The notes under the pieces are model-generated. The model was given only the letters and a program-made list of their open reading frames with translations, had not been told where the DNA came from and searched no databases. From the sequence record SRR20825014_190: 35,803 bases of DNA. One strand, 5' to 3'. How positions within the stretch are numbered: position 1 is the first letter of the stretch; each line of letters opens with the position of its first letter. Made by a program: the position numbers and the translations under genes. Below, piece by piece: positions 8,201-19,218 of the stretch.

Positions 8201-11032
8201 CTATGCCTGGAGCTTCTTACGTAGATGTGCCACCTCGGGGATAAATGGACCCCAGTCGGCCTCATGACGCTGGATAAGTAGGAAGAAGTCCTTTGCTGAT
8301 AGATTACACATCTCCCTTAGTTGGTTCGCAACCACAAGCCCCCTCCGGGTAGAGAGGAGGGTCTCCCCGTGCCGTTCGAGGAGCTCCATGGCAGTGGCCT
8401 CGGAGAGTGCCTTGACCTCCTTCGGGGCCTCTATAGACCAGGAGGCATTCCTATTGCGATCCCTACTCGAAGGGAAGAAGACACTCCTACCACCAGCAGT
8501 AGTAGCATTGTTGTTGGTGTTGGTAGTGGTACCACCTGCCGTCTTGTAGTTATCAGTGAGAGAGACAGAAGTAACACGGCTCGAACGGCGGCCAGTTACT
8601 GCTGCATCTACGGCTTGGAGGTGCTCATCGACCACAGAGGTATCGGGGGGAGTGGTGTTGGCACGCTTTTTGGGAGACTTCCTACCTAGGGCCTTAGGGG
8701 GCTTACTATTATTGTTGGGGAAGCCTCCTCCTGTAGTAGTATGGGCACTGCTGGTGGTCATTAGGCGGCTTAATGCCTGGTCCGCAGTATTGATAGAGTT
8801 GCTAGGCATATCCAGCATCACAACGGAGGATAGACGCCTATCGTTGTCCCCACCACTTAGACCACCCGCGGAGGGGGTAGGGGAGCGTCGGCCTGGGGCT
8901 GCGGGGGAGCTTGCCCTGCTTCGAGGGGGGCTGCGAAGGGGAGCAGTTGACATATCATTGTACATCATCGAGGCGGGCCTACTAGAGGCGTCCCTCATAC
9001 ACCGCTGCCTCAAATCGTCCATAAATGCCATCTCGTCGGCATCACTAGGAAAACGCTTTGTGGTACAGAAATTACAGAAGTCTCCGTATTTAGACTGGGT
9101 CAGTGCCATGTACCTCCGATCCCCCTCAATGGCACTGTGGACGGGGGCCCACATGGAGGCCTCGGCGGGGGTCGTACTGCGGCACTGCCTTGACAGGTAG
9201 TACTCCTCTCCACAATTCTCGGCCGCAGATGCAACGAGATGAAGGTGTCGGCGCTCATCACAAACAAAAGAGCGATGTGACTCTCGTGTGCCAAGTCGGC
9301 TATCCAGGCGTACACCTGCCACCACCTTGGTTTGATTAAAGCCGGTTGTCCACTTTCGAAGAGCTTCAGAGGCATTGCCCGCCATAAGAGGCTCTAGTGG
9401 GGGATCCTCCCCACCATTGGCAGTGGTGGATTTATTAAGATGTGATGATGACTTGGTGGCCTTCTTTTTGTACACACGCTGTGCATCTCGCAGCTGCTGT
9501 CGTAGTGGCACATCATCGTCCGTCGAGCTACGATCGGTGCACTCGCACTGCGCCTCGGCAGTGGTATCCTCCTTGACAAAAGGCTGTAAGTTTGGCGTCT
9601 TAGAGCGGTCAAGTACTGAGGTAATATCGGGCCGGGTCATGGCAAATACATCCGTCGTACTACCATCCTCCTCCAACCCCACCTCCGACCGTGTACCCCC
9701 TAGGTGACTATCCCCCATTGCCATAGTAGACTCCATAAAGCTCTCATTTCCCATCATGGTGGCCCCCATGGACCGATGAGTAACATCCAGACCCCCTCCC
9801 CCTCCCCCTCCAACAACATCAGAGACATCGGGAAGTACAAAGCACGATTCGGGCTCGGCGGATGGGTCCTCTACCTCAATGGTGCTGCTTGGGGCACCAT
9901 GTATGGCGTGTCGGAGACGCAGGACGCTTTGACTAAGGGCCTTGGCAGGGAAGGTACGCTCACGGGCCTTAGAACGAGCTAGAGTATTGGTACTGAGGCG
10001 ATGATGGACACACCCGAGTCGATGGTGGCGACGACGCCGCTGCTTCCCCTTGGCAACTTGGGAGTTAAGTTGGTCGGCCTTCATACGATCAGCATGTGAC
10101 GTACCCGAGTTGGGGTCGGCCTCCCTACACCGACGCATAATTAGTTGTGCGAAGACACGTGGGGGTATGAAGGGGGCAGGGGCGGTAGGATCTGCGACCG
10201 GGTCCACCTTTGCAAGTGTCGCCTTCTTTAGGGGTATGTAAGAGGTGGTGTTGGCATCACCCCTCCTTGATCGGCCCTCTGAGGCCAGGGACTGCCCCTC
10301 GGGGATGGTAGTACCGACACGAGCCCCAGTGTTGGATGTCGTGTCGGAGGTAGTGGGCCTCGACGAGGCGGCTGTGTGTGCTATTAGACCAGACTCAATA
10401 TCCAGCCTTCGTTGCCTCTCTGCCTTGGCCTCCTCCTCCCTATGTATCCTCTCAGCCTCCTTTGCCTTCTCTACTACACACCTGGGAGCCTTTAGGGAGG
10501 TGAATACCGAGGGGTTGCCTATGGTGGCCAGCCCTGTAACATCATGCCTCTCACCACCACCATGACCAGAACCCTTACCACCACCACCAATAGTAGAAGA
10601 TGTTCCTGTTGAATCAGGAATGGTATTAGTTTTAGATGACGGGACCCCGCTGGAGGACCGACGCGGGATGGTGGTTTTGATTTTGGCGGATGCGGTGATA
10701 CCCCCCACATCATCATCGTTTTCGGGTAATGAGGAGGTGTGAAGGTGTGAGGGAAGCTTCCCCTTTTTTGCATGGGGCCCGATGCGTCGGAAGACACGCA
10801 CGTCCTCCTCCCCAAACGTCAATACGAGGTCCTTACTACGGTCCTGCATCATCTTCGCCCACTGCTCCCCCTCTACATGCTTCTCGTACTCAGAAGGAGG
10901 TAGAAGGTCGCCGCGGGCAGTCACCCCCGGCATCACCTTGTGGCCTACCCCACAACTTACTAACCGGTTCAGAAAGGGGGCCACTTTATCGCCCGACTGG
11001 CAGGAATCACTACCTTTGAGAGATAGGGCCAT
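8201..11032 (-). CDS. Hypothetical protein, largely disordered (S/T/G/R-rich)
   Basis: 943 aa uninterrupted ORF on the coding strand; no family motif recognised. Confidence 0.75.
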   Translation of the reverse strand: MALSLKGSDSCQSGDKVAPFLNRLVSCGVGHKVMPGVTARGDLLPPSEYEKHVEGEQWAKMMQDRSKDLVLTFGEEDVRVFRRIGPHAKKGKLPSHLHTSSLPENDDDVGGITASAKIKTTIPRRSSSGVPSSKTNTIPDSTGTSSTIGGGGKGSGHGGGERHDVTGLATIGNPSVFTSLKAPRCVVEKAKEAERIHREEEAKAERQRRLDIESGLIAHTAASSRPTTSDTTSNTGARVGTTIPEGQSLASEGRSRRGDANTTSYIPLKKATLAKVDPVADPTAPAPFIPPRVFAQLIMRRCREADPNSGTSHADRMKADQLNSQVAKGKQRRRRHHRLGCVHHRLSTNTLARSKARERTFPAKALSQSVLRLRHAIHGAPSSTIEVEDPSAEPESCFVLPDVSDVVGGGGGGGLDVTHRSMGATMMGNESFMESTMAMGDSHLGGTRSEVGLEEDGSTTDVFAMTRPDITSVLDRSKTPNLQPFVKEDTTAEAQCECTDRSSTDDDVPLRQQLRDAQRVYKKKATKSSSHLNKSTTANGGEDPPLEPLMAGNASEALRKWTTGFNQTKVVAGVRLDSRLGTRESHRSFVCDERRHLHLVASAAENCGEEYYLSRQCRSTTPAEASMWAPVHSAIEGDRRYMALTQSKYGDFCNFCTTKRFPSDADEMAFMDDLRQRCMRDASSRPASMMYNDMSTAPLRSPPRSRASSPAAPGRRSPTPSAGGLSGGDNDRRLSSVVMLDMPSNSINTADQALSRLMTTSSAHTTTGGGFPNNNSKPPKALGRKSPKKRANTTPPDTSVVDEHLQAVDAAVTGRRSSRVTSVSLTDNYKTAGGTTTNTNNNATTAGGRSVFFPSSRDRNRNASWSIEAPKEVKALSEATAMELLERHGETLLSTRRGLVVANQLREMCNLSAKDFFLLIQRHEADWGPFIPEVAHLRKKLQA

Positions 11033-11452
11033 TGTTGTGGTACGGATTAAACTGTGGTGTGGAAACTATAGGTGTGTGTATTGTTTGATGTTTGGGTGTA
11101 ATATGAGTGGTGGAGGTTGTCCAACTCTTGTTGGATAGTTTCTAAAGGTTTTAAAAGGCGAAGTTGATGAGGGAGCAAAACGTATGATGAGTACATAAAT
11201 CAACATTTCAAAAAATATAAATTCCAAGGCAAACTACGACTAAAATACTGTGATGTGGATAGCAGGAGAAGGAGGGGTCCCACCGCCATATATCCCCCTC
11301 CCACTATGTGTGTTGTTACTATGAATTGTCACTACTGCAACTGTTTACAGAAGTGCGCACAATCAACCAGTGCCGCGGATACTTTTCATCCTATTTTAAT
11401 ATAAATTCCTTCCAAATTCCCCCCAAAGTCTCTCCCGAGTGTTTTATATGTT

Positions 11453-12775
11453 TTAGAACCAGGGTGACACGTTGGGAATATTTTTGGTTTGGAATGCGAA
11501 GACCTTGTAGGATTCTCCCATCTCGTCCTTATCCATTAGCCTCCTGTAGCTTTGCAGAATACGCATGGCATTCTTGGTCTCCTCCTCCTTGATCGTGTGG
11601 GCTAGCCTGATGTCGATACCGCCCCACTCGAGGAACTCGGCCTGCGTCATGACGGGATGCCACTTTAGGTGCCTCCTCGCACTCTCCAAACGCTCTAGTG
11701 TCCACCTAAGCTGCTTGAAGCTAACCCATGCGGACAGATCCACATCTCCTGGGGACAACAATGGGTCGACGAACTTATGGCCTCTGATTCCACGGAGGGT
11801 GTCCTCCATGTGCTCGTCCTTACCGTAATCGATAATGAGGCAGGCGGCCTTACCGCAGTCAATCATCTTCTTCATGAGGGCCTCGACGGCCTGCATACCA
11901 TGGGCGTTGATCTCCACCCTGTCCCCCATCTTACCGTTCTTACGTAGGTCGTCGGGGATGAGGAATCCTGCCATTGTACCACTGGGGGCATGAATCTGTT
12001 TGAAGTGGGCCTGATTGTTGGGGTCGTCATCTACCTCCAGGCACGTCTCAACCCAACCACGCTCGGTGTACTGGAACTGTGCGATGGGGAGGGCGTCAAA
12101 CCACTCGTTGGAGATGAACAGCATGGGCTCCAGGGTGAAGGGAATAGACTCGACATTCATCCACCACTTGATCTTCTGGTTGGCGGTCTGGTACTCAGTG
12201 AGGGCCTTCTTCTGCTCGTCCGCACGGGCAGCTCCGGCCTCCACAAGGTGGATCTGAAGGAAGTGGATGAGCTGGGGGTGGGAGTGCCTGATTTGGCGAA
12301 GCATGTTCTTCATCAAAGTACCACGACCGGGACCCAACTCAACCAGGTGGATTGTCCTAGGGGTACCCATCTTCATCCACGCGTCAATCACCCACGCGGC
12401 CATCACATCGGCAAACAGGGGGATCTCGGCTGCGGTAATGAAATCGGCCTTCTCGCCTCCAATGACGTTCTTCTTGGCCGAGTAGTAACCGTGGTGGGGG
12501 TGCATGAGGGCCTCCTTCATAAACTGGGACAGGGGGAGGTATCCACTGATGGTAGCCTTATTAATCAGCTCCTGGCACAGAGGCGTCTTAAGCTCCTTCT
12601 TGGGGGCATTGTTGACTGTGTGGCGATCAGGGGTTGACATTTCCGAGTAGAAACCAGAAGGCTTACCGGAGGAGTAGCTCGTTTGCTTCTGGAGGTGGAT
12701 GGGGGTCCTGCGAAGGAGCCCTCCTGCCGCCATCGACCTTCCTACCAAACTACTAATGGGTGATGCGCGCTGCAT
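11453..12775 (-). CDS. NDUFAF7: Mitochondrial protein-arginine methyltransferase NDUFAF7/MidA family (complex I assembly)
   Basis: 440 aa; FMKEALMHPHHGYY, DFITAAEI, LVELGPGRGTLM (SAM-binding), SNEWFDALPI, IIDYG, PGDVDLSAWVSF; presequence-like N-terminus. Confidence 0.9.
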   Translation of the reverse strand: MQRASPISSLVGRSMAAGGLLRRTPIHLQKQTSYSSGKPSGFYSEMSTPDRHTVNNAPKKELKTPLCQELINKATISGYLPLSQFMKEALMHPHHGYYSAKKNVIGGEKADFITAAEIPLFADVMAAWVIDAWMKMGTPRTIHLVELGPGRGTLMKNMLRQIRHSHPQLIHFLQIHLVEAGAARADEQKKALTEYQTANQKIKWWMNVESIPFTLEPMLFISNEWFDALPIAQFQYTERGWVETCLEVDDDPNNQAHFKQIHAPSGTMAGFLIPDDLRKNGKMGDRVEINAHGMQAVEALMKKMIDCGKAACLIIDYGKDEHMEDTLRGIRGHKFVDPLLSPGDVDLSAWVSFKQLRWTLERLESARRHLKWHPVMTQAEFLEWGGIDIRLAHTIKEEETKNAMRILQSYRRLMDKDEMGESYKVFAFQTKNIPNVSPWF

Positions 12776-13174
12776 ATTAAATTGTCTACAGTCTACTTTT
12801 TTTTCCTGTTACTCTGGAAAAAACTACAGATTTGCCCAAAAATTATAAATTCGGGCCTGAAGGTAAATAGTGATGGAGGGTGGGGAGAGGTTTTTGAACA
12901 TTATTTTTCATCAAATCACCAAATGAAACATATGATTGTGAGAAGAGTGGGTGGGATAGCGTAATCCCATATGACCCCACTCTTGTCAGCAAAAACAACA
13001 CAATAAAGTCAAAACGATAGTTGGGTAAATACATACTTTGATGTATAGTATGGTATGGTAGTGTTGGTGTGTATGGATACAATGGATGGGGTGTGTGTGT
13101 CAGAACAGCATTAGCTCTCAGCTGTGTGATATATATCCCCATCCTCCTCTGATAACGACGGCAGACGACGATGC

Positions 13175-16012
13175 CTACACCCTGCTTCCAAGGCGGGTGG
13201 GAGCACCTAGCTTGGAGGGTCCGAAGCCCGGCTTACGAGAAGTGCGGGCAGTGGAGCCGGTACTAGCGCTACGAGCAAATACGGGTCGTACGTTGAGGCC
13301 GGGGATATCTCCAGGGGACGAAGAGCGTCGGCCTGCGCGGCTAGGAGAGGGGTTGCGGGAGTTAGCTGTCGACATGCGGCCATCGCCCTCCAGCTTGGTG
13401 AGCAGCTCACGTAGGGCGGGGTCGGCATGTGAGGAGTTCTTGCACTTGGCGATAAGCTCCTTGAGCTCATTGTAGATGGAACCGTACCGATGTACAGACT
13501 GCCCCCAGTTGTGGAGGTAGGTACGGGCATCCTCGATCTGGGCACTATGTTCCTTGAGCACCGAGGTGTACTCCTGGCCTAGGGCCTTGGAGGCCGAGAA
13601 GGCCTCCCCCTGAGCCTTCTTAAGCTTATCACCCCATTGGCTATCGACCTCAGCTAGGGCAGCCTCGTGCTCGCTACCCGCCATCTTGAGCTGCCTAGCG
13701 GCCTCGTGCATGAAGGACACATGACGCTGCTCAATCAGCTGCCTGTTCTTGACGCTCCTCTCAGATAGTCGAGACATCTCGGTCTGGTAGCGGTGGGACT
13801 GGGTACGCTCAATCTCAGTAATCTTCTGAACACGCTCGTCGTCGAGGTATCTGTTCTCGCGCTCATAGAACGTGACGTCCTCATTCAGACGACGTAGTTG
13901 TGCCTTACGATCATCGTTGGTGGCTTGGATCTGCTGTGACACATCGCTCTCCTCCTCGATGGTCTTCTCGATGTCGGCCTGGATGCGGCTAACACACCTC
14001 TGATGCTCCAGCTGGTATTGTGTCTTGGTGGACTGACCGAGACGGGAGGCCTGCTGGAGGGCCTGGGCGTGGCTGTTGGCGACCTTATCCCCCTCCTGCT
14101 GATGCTTGATCCTAGCAGTGGCTACCTTACCGAAGCACCACACGGAAGTGAGGTTATTTCGGAGGCGTGACTCGCGCATACAGGCCACCACATTCTTAGC
14201 ATCGTCGGCAATCTTCTTGAGGTCGTCTTGGGTACGCTCGTACTGCTGCTTAACCTTCTCGTGATCCCTCTGGGTGCGCTTGAGGGCAATCTGGGACCGC
14301 TCCACACTAGCAGACACCTCCCTCAGATGGGCCACCATACGGGCCAGCTCTTGCTTAGCGAGATCGTTCTCATTGGTAACTAGGGTTGCCTCCTCGGCCA
14401 ACGTACCCATGCGCTTGGTGACGGTGGTGTTGATGCGGTCAAGAAGCTTGGAGCGGAAAGCGTTGATGTAGGCTACCTGGTAGGTACGACGCTTTTCCTC
14501 CTCGGCGGTGGCTTGGAGGGCTCTCTCTTGGTCCTTCTGTTTGTATTGGCGCTGCTCAAGCTCGGAAAGGGCTACCTGGACGTCCTCCATGGTCTTCTTG
14601 AGCTGACCGCGATGGGTCTTCTCTGGGTCATCGGCGGCCTTCTTAGCCTCCTCGTACTCTCGTTGAAGCTTAGCCAACCGACGGGCCTCGTCGCTCTCAT
14701 TCACACGGGCGTGGTTCATGATGCCTTGGGTACGTAGGGCGTACCGCATAGTGTTGAGGGACTCCTCGGCGTTGTCCAGATGGGGGCTCATACAGGCGAT
14801 CATAAAGGTACGGGAGTTACCGCCAAGTGACTCACTAAGCAGCCATGTGAGGGCCGAGTCGCGGTAGGGGATGACGGGGCGCTGCTCGACTAACGCATCA
14901 ATGACATTTTTCAAAGTAGTGAGGGAGAGGTTGATAGCAGCGGCCTCCTTCTGACGCTGGCCCTCGGCTCCAGACTTCTTGATACGCTCAGATCCGGCCA
15001 AATCGACGAGGTTAATTGTGGAGATGCGATGCATGCGCTTAGGCTTCTCCCACTGCTTGGCGGGCTTAAGGGTAGTAGTCTGGGTAAGGGTAAGGCGGAA
15101 GATGGCATGGGAGCGACTGGAGGCGTCGTTCATCTTGGTGGCAGCCACAACACGATTCTTCATACCCACGCTAATAATAGCCTGGCACTCCTCCCATGAG
15201 GTCACCTCGACGGAAGTGAGGCCGCTGACAACAGGGCCCTGACCTGGGATGTTACGCATCTTGAGGTTGTCTTTATCGAACTGTCCCTGGACAGCAGGGT
15301 CAGCAAGTTCGTAGAGGAGATCCTTGATGTGCTGATTGTAGATCTCAAGGAAACACGCCTCCACCTTCCACTCCGTCTCACTGCCGGCCTGCTGCAGAGC
15401 GGTGTACTCATCACTACCGTTGGCGATGTCCTGAATGCGCTCGAAGACACCCTCACAGCACTTGGGGATCAATCCCTTATCCTCCTCGGTGCCCATCATG
15501 GTATGGGTCTTACCGGAGCCGGTCTGGCCATAGGCAAAGATACAGGCATTGTAGCCAGCGAAGGCTTGGTTAAGGGTAGGTACGCCGACCTTTTCGAAGA
15601 CGGTATCCTGGTTAGCAAAGTCACAAGGGGACTCCTGCTGGTCCGGGGGGATACTCCACAAGTTCTCATCGAAGTTGAACGTCTCCTTCTCCGCGAAGCC
15701 GTGCTGATGATCGAGGAACTTAGTGCAGGTGGGGGACATGCTGACCACGGACCGAAGGGGCTGCTTCTCGTACTCCTGCATGCCTGCGTTGATCTCGTCG
15801 TGGATCTCGTACTCACGACGATTGAAGGGCCTCACTCGGCAGATCACCTTCACATTATCACCACTCATGGCGGGGGATGCGCTGGGACGACGCTGGCGTA
15901 TAGTAGGCGCGGGACGGTCGCTGCCAGCGGAAGAGGGGGCACGGTTCAAGAGACCACCCTCCGAGTCGTTGTCACCGAGCATGATGTGTGTTTGATTTAA
16001 AGTCTGGAACAT
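13175..16012 (-). CDS. N-terminal-motor kinesin (kinesin-3-like motor) with long coiled-coil tail
   Basis: VKVICRVRP, AYGQTGSGKT, MNDASSRSHAIF, LVDLAGSER, IPYRDSALTWLL. The real start may be the second ATG (15982), because the first AG after the polypyrimidine tract (16005-16004) lies downstream of the ATG at 16012. Confidence 0.93.
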   Translation of the reverse strand: MFQTLNQTHIMLGDNDSEGGLLNRAPSSAGSDRPAPTIRQRRPSASPAMSGDNVKVICRVRPFNRREYEIHDEINAGMQEYEKQPLRSVVSMSPTCTKFLDHQHGFAEKETFNFDENLWSIPPDQQESPCDFANQDTVFEKVGVPTLNQAFAGYNACIFAYGQTGSGKTHTMMGTEEDKGLIPKCCEGVFERIQDIANGSDEYTALQQAGSETEWKVEACFLEIYNQHIKDLLYELADPAVQGQFDKDNLKMRNIPGQGPVVSGLTSVEVTSWEECQAIISVGMKNRVVAATKMNDASSRSHAIFRLTLTQTTTLKPAKQWEKPKRMHRISTINLVDLAGSERIKKSGAEGQRQKEAAAINLSLTTLKNVIDALVEQRPVIPYRDSALTWLLSESLGGNSRTFMIACMSPHLDNAEESLNTMRYALRTQGIMNHARVNESDEARRLAKLQREYEEAKKAADDPEKTHRGQLKKTMEDVQVALSELEQRQYKQKDQERALQATAEEEKRRTYQVAYINAFRSKLLDRINTTVTKRMGTLAEEATLVTNENDLAKQELARMVAHLREVSASVERSQIALKRTQRDHEKVKQQYERTQDDLKKIADDAKNVVACMRESRLRNNLTSVWCFGKVATARIKHQQEGDKVANSHAQALQQASRLGQSTKTQYQLEHQRCVSRIQADIEKTIEEESDVSQQIQATNDDRKAQLRRLNEDVTFYERENRYLDDERVQKITEIERTQSHRYQTEMSRLSERSVKNRQLIEQRHVSFMHEAARQLKMAGSEHEAALAEVDSQWGDKLKKAQGEAFSASKALGQEYTSVLKEHSAQIEDARTYLHNWGQSVHRYGSIYNELKELIAKCKNSSHADPALRELLTKLEGDGRMSTANSRNPSPSRAGRRSSSPGDIPGLNVRPVFARSASTGSTARTSRKPGFGPSKLGAPTRLGSRV

Positions 16013-16179
16013 GAGAGGAAGGGAGAAATAAAAATTTGAAAAGGTTAGAACCGAAAATAAAAGTGGTGCAAGTTATAATTAAAAGTGGATACGATTCATC
16101 ACATTCGAACAAACTACCGGTACATACAATATTCATGCATACTTCAAGGTACATTAAACACATTATTGATTAGAATTGT

Positions 16180-17556
16180 TTAATCCTCATGTCGATTGTA
16201 CTTGGACTTTTGCTTCTTGGCTTCCGTCTTCGGCTCCTTCTTGGTGTGCTTGTCTACCGGCTTGTGTCGACGAACCTCCTTCTGTTCGGCGGCAGGGGCA
16301 GGGGGAGGGGGAGGCTTGGGTAGGCCATATAGGGTGGGCATTAAGTCGGGAATAAAACCTGTTACCGACTTCAACTTATGGCAGTTTCCAAAGAAGTCAG
16401 TTCGAATATCAGGGACTTTCTCAAGGGGTGTGATGTCCACGGATTCAAGGCTACCGCAGAATGACATAAACCCCCACCCAATGGACGTTACCCGCCCCAA
16501 TGGGGTGAGGTCGATTGAAGACAACCCACAACATCCCTCGAGGAAGTTGTGACCGATACTATCGATAGCTATCAGGGGGGCGAGGTTGATACTACGCAGG
16601 CCTGAGTGAGCCAAGAAGTTGTTGTAGATGGCAGTGATGTGGGCAAGGGGGGCTAGGTTGATGGATTGCAGCTGAGAGCAATGTGACAGAAGGTGGGTAG
16701 TAGCAACAGGGGAAATTGTTGAAGTAGAAGCGGCGGGGTTGGGTCGCGCAAAGAATGCCAGATCGACAGAGGTGACGCTTGAATTGTGATCAAACAGGGA
16801 CGGCCCCACGGCGGCAAGGCTAACCATCTGTGCAAAGCTTCTCCCGATGACCCCGCCAGTTTCGGATAAAAACTGCGATCCAACGGACGTCACCTTCGAC
16901 AGTGGCGAAAGGTCTAGCCGCTGCACACCCCTACACCCCAGCATAAACCGGTCGCCGATGCTTGTTACGTTGGAGAAGGGTGCAAGGTTGATTTTCTGTA
17001 GGAGGGCGTTTCCCCGCATAAAGTCCCCCCCAATCATGGTGACGGCACTGAGGGGTGTAAGATCTACCTCCAGGAGCGAGGGGAAGCCTTCGAGGAAGCC
17101 CATCCCCAGGGTCGAGACGCCCTCGAAACCTCGGAGCTCAATGTGCTTTGGGAAAGGAAAATGGTGGAATGCTTCAGGCACCAGGTCGCTACTCCACCAG
17201 TCTAGTATCACCTTCTGAAACTTCCTCTGACGCGTTTCGGCCGGCTTGTGGCAGCGAGCCAACGCGGCCCCCATCACCAGTACCATCCCCACGTTCTTTA
17301 GACAGTGGGTTCCATTATAGGGTGCATGCATCGGCAGGGGCATTCCCGCAACGGGGCAGAAGGGACTTCGGACGGCCGTATCCCCCACAATTGTCTCCTC
17401 GGACACCTCCACGCATGACGGGACCCTCTTCGTTGCCACCAGCTCCTCGTAGGTAGAATGTCCAACGGTACCGGCACATCGGAATCTGGCAAGTACGTCG
17501 ATGCGATGGCGGATAAGGGTTGCAACCGTCACGCACATGAGCACATTAGACTGCAT
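16180..17556 (-). CDS. Leucine-rich repeat protein (BspA-like, ~25 aa units)
   Basis: 458 aa with about ten units of consensus LxSxDLxPLxxVTxIGxxFLxxC, then a Pro-rich stretch and a Lys-rich tail. Confidence 0.85.
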   Translation of the reverse strand: MQSNVLMCVTVATLIRHRIDVLARFRCAGTVGHSTYEELVATKRVPSCVEVSEETIVGDTAVRSPFCPVAGMPLPMHAPYNGTHCLKNVGMVLVMGAALARCHKPAETRQRKFQKVILDWWSSDLVPEAFHHFPFPKHIELRGFEGVSTLGMGFLEGFPSLLEVDLTPLSAVTMIGGDFMRGNALLQKINLAPFSNVTSIGDRFMLGCRGVQRLDLSPLSKVTSVGSQFLSETGGVIGRSFAQMVSLAAVGPSLFDHNSSVTSVDLAFFARPNPAASTSTISPVATTHLLSHCSQLQSINLAPLAHITAIYNNFLAHSGLRSINLAPLIAIDSIGHNFLEGCCGLSSIDLTPLGRVTSIGWGFMSFCGSLESVDITPLEKVPDIRTDFFGNCHKLKSVTGFIPDLMPTLYGLPKPPPPPAPAAEQKEVRRHKPVDKHTKKEPKTEAKKQKSKYNRHED

Positions 17557-17794
17557 TGAGAAGGGTGTATTAAATGAAGAGAGAGATATCAGTGGATGTC
17601 TTTAAAAGATAGAGCGTAGGAGCAAGGAAAGTAAAACATTGCACAACGCAGTGATGAAACAACAAAACAACATGGTAGCAGGAGAGGCCACATCACATTC
17701 ATGTTTCAAAAATTTCAAAACGTCCAAAAATCGTGGAAATCGGATACATTGCGAAGAGCACATTCAGCAGTGTGTGCGAGAGGAGGTATACTGG

Positions 17795-19198
17795 TTACTT
17801 AAGTTTGCATTTGGCGCCAACACTGTCCCATCCCCGCTGCAGTCGGCCCAACGACGGCCCGTGGCATATCAATTTAGTCACGGTAACCGCCTTCAAGGTG
17901 GTGCACCCTTCAAAAACAAACACTGTAGAATTCTTGGACATGGGAATTGTTGATCTATCCAGGGTGGTAAGGTTGGGACAGTTCCCAAAGAACCCCCCAC
18001 CGATACCACTAACGTGTTTCATCACGCTCATGTCGGCGGTGATGAGGCTCGTACAGTATGCCATAAAGCGACCATCTCTATGCGCTTGATGTTGCACAGA
18101 GGCGACAGATCCACTGCAACGAGGTTGGGACAGCAATCGAGGAAACTGGAATCCAGTTCGGTGACACCTTGGAACACCTCCAGATGTACTGTTTGTATCC
18201 CTGTGGAGCTGGCAAAGCTGCAGAGCACAGACTTGATTCTTTTCAGCACAGATGCGTCTAGGACACTAAGATTAGTGCACCCCGCCAATCTCGACCAAGG
18301 GCATTCTGACATGAAATCGTTGGGTATCTCAGTCAGACGATGCAGGGGGGCCAAATCGATCTGCGTCAGATTGTGTGACTCATTGAGGAACCCTTTCCCG
18401 ATTGACTGTAACGACGGGGGAAGGATGATAGCCGAGAGACCAGTGTTGCTGACAAAATACTCACCCACGGACTTCAGTGCCAGAAGAACAGAGAGGTCAA
18501 GTGTACCAGTGAGTACTGGGCAGCAGTTTAAAAACGAAGACGTAACAACGCGTTTATGGGATGATGCATCGGGGACAGCCGTTACCAACGAGCAGTCGCT
18601 CAGAAAGGAACGTATCGTCTTGATGTACGGGGCCATTGCCGAAATATCGACGGATAGAAGTGTGTGACTGGAACTGGCGAAACCAACATCTTCAAACATA
18701 TCTGAAGGAAGTGGAGGGGTGGGGTCAGAGGACGGTTTGTCAATCGATACGATAAGGTGAAGTGGGCATAAGGTCCCTATGAAGTCCTCTGGCTCGTGGC
18801 ATGCGGGGGTGCAATGGGTAAGATGTAGCCGGTCAACGTTAACACGTGGTGTATGAAGGTAACTGCCATAATCATTTTAGAACTCATCGTCGAAGTAGCG
18901 GTGTCGCACCTGCTTCAATGCCGGGAGGGAGGCGACAATGTTCATCAGTACCCGGTTGGTCTCGAAGTTGAGCCAATACACAGGGGCGTGGGACACCTCA
19001 CTGCGTTCCTCTGACCCGTCTACATTTAGAGGTGGGACCTCCACACATACATGGGCACCCTCCCACGCCTCACAAGCTCCTCAAACCAGGTGCTACCAGA
19101 GGAGCCAGCACATCGAAACAGTCCCCACAGGTACTGGGACTTGGCTGGCAGCACCTCCATCACCGCCGACCCCATGAAACCGAATTGCTCATCATCAT
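17795..19198 (-). pseudogene. Disrupted paralogue of the adjacent LRR gene
   Basis: Reconstructed by hand: MMMSNSV / frameshift ~19177 / MGSAVMEVLPAKSQYLWGLFRCAGSSGSTWFEELVRRGRVPMYV / frameshift ~19043 / EVPPLNV...DDEF, in-frame TAA 18879-18877, then open into ORF 18028-18699 (LRRs) / frameshift ~18077 / DGRFMAYC...KLK stop. The N-terminus aligns with the neighbour's RFRCAGTVGHSTYEELVATKRVPSCVEV. Confidence 0.85.
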
Positions 19199-19218
19199 GT
19201 ATTTGGAAACTTCTAGGT

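Noticed and set aside
18877..18879. In-frame TAA as stop-codon reassignment or readthrough
   Set aside because: The same locus has three frameshifts and TAA terminates seven intact genes; pseudogenisation is the simpler explanation.
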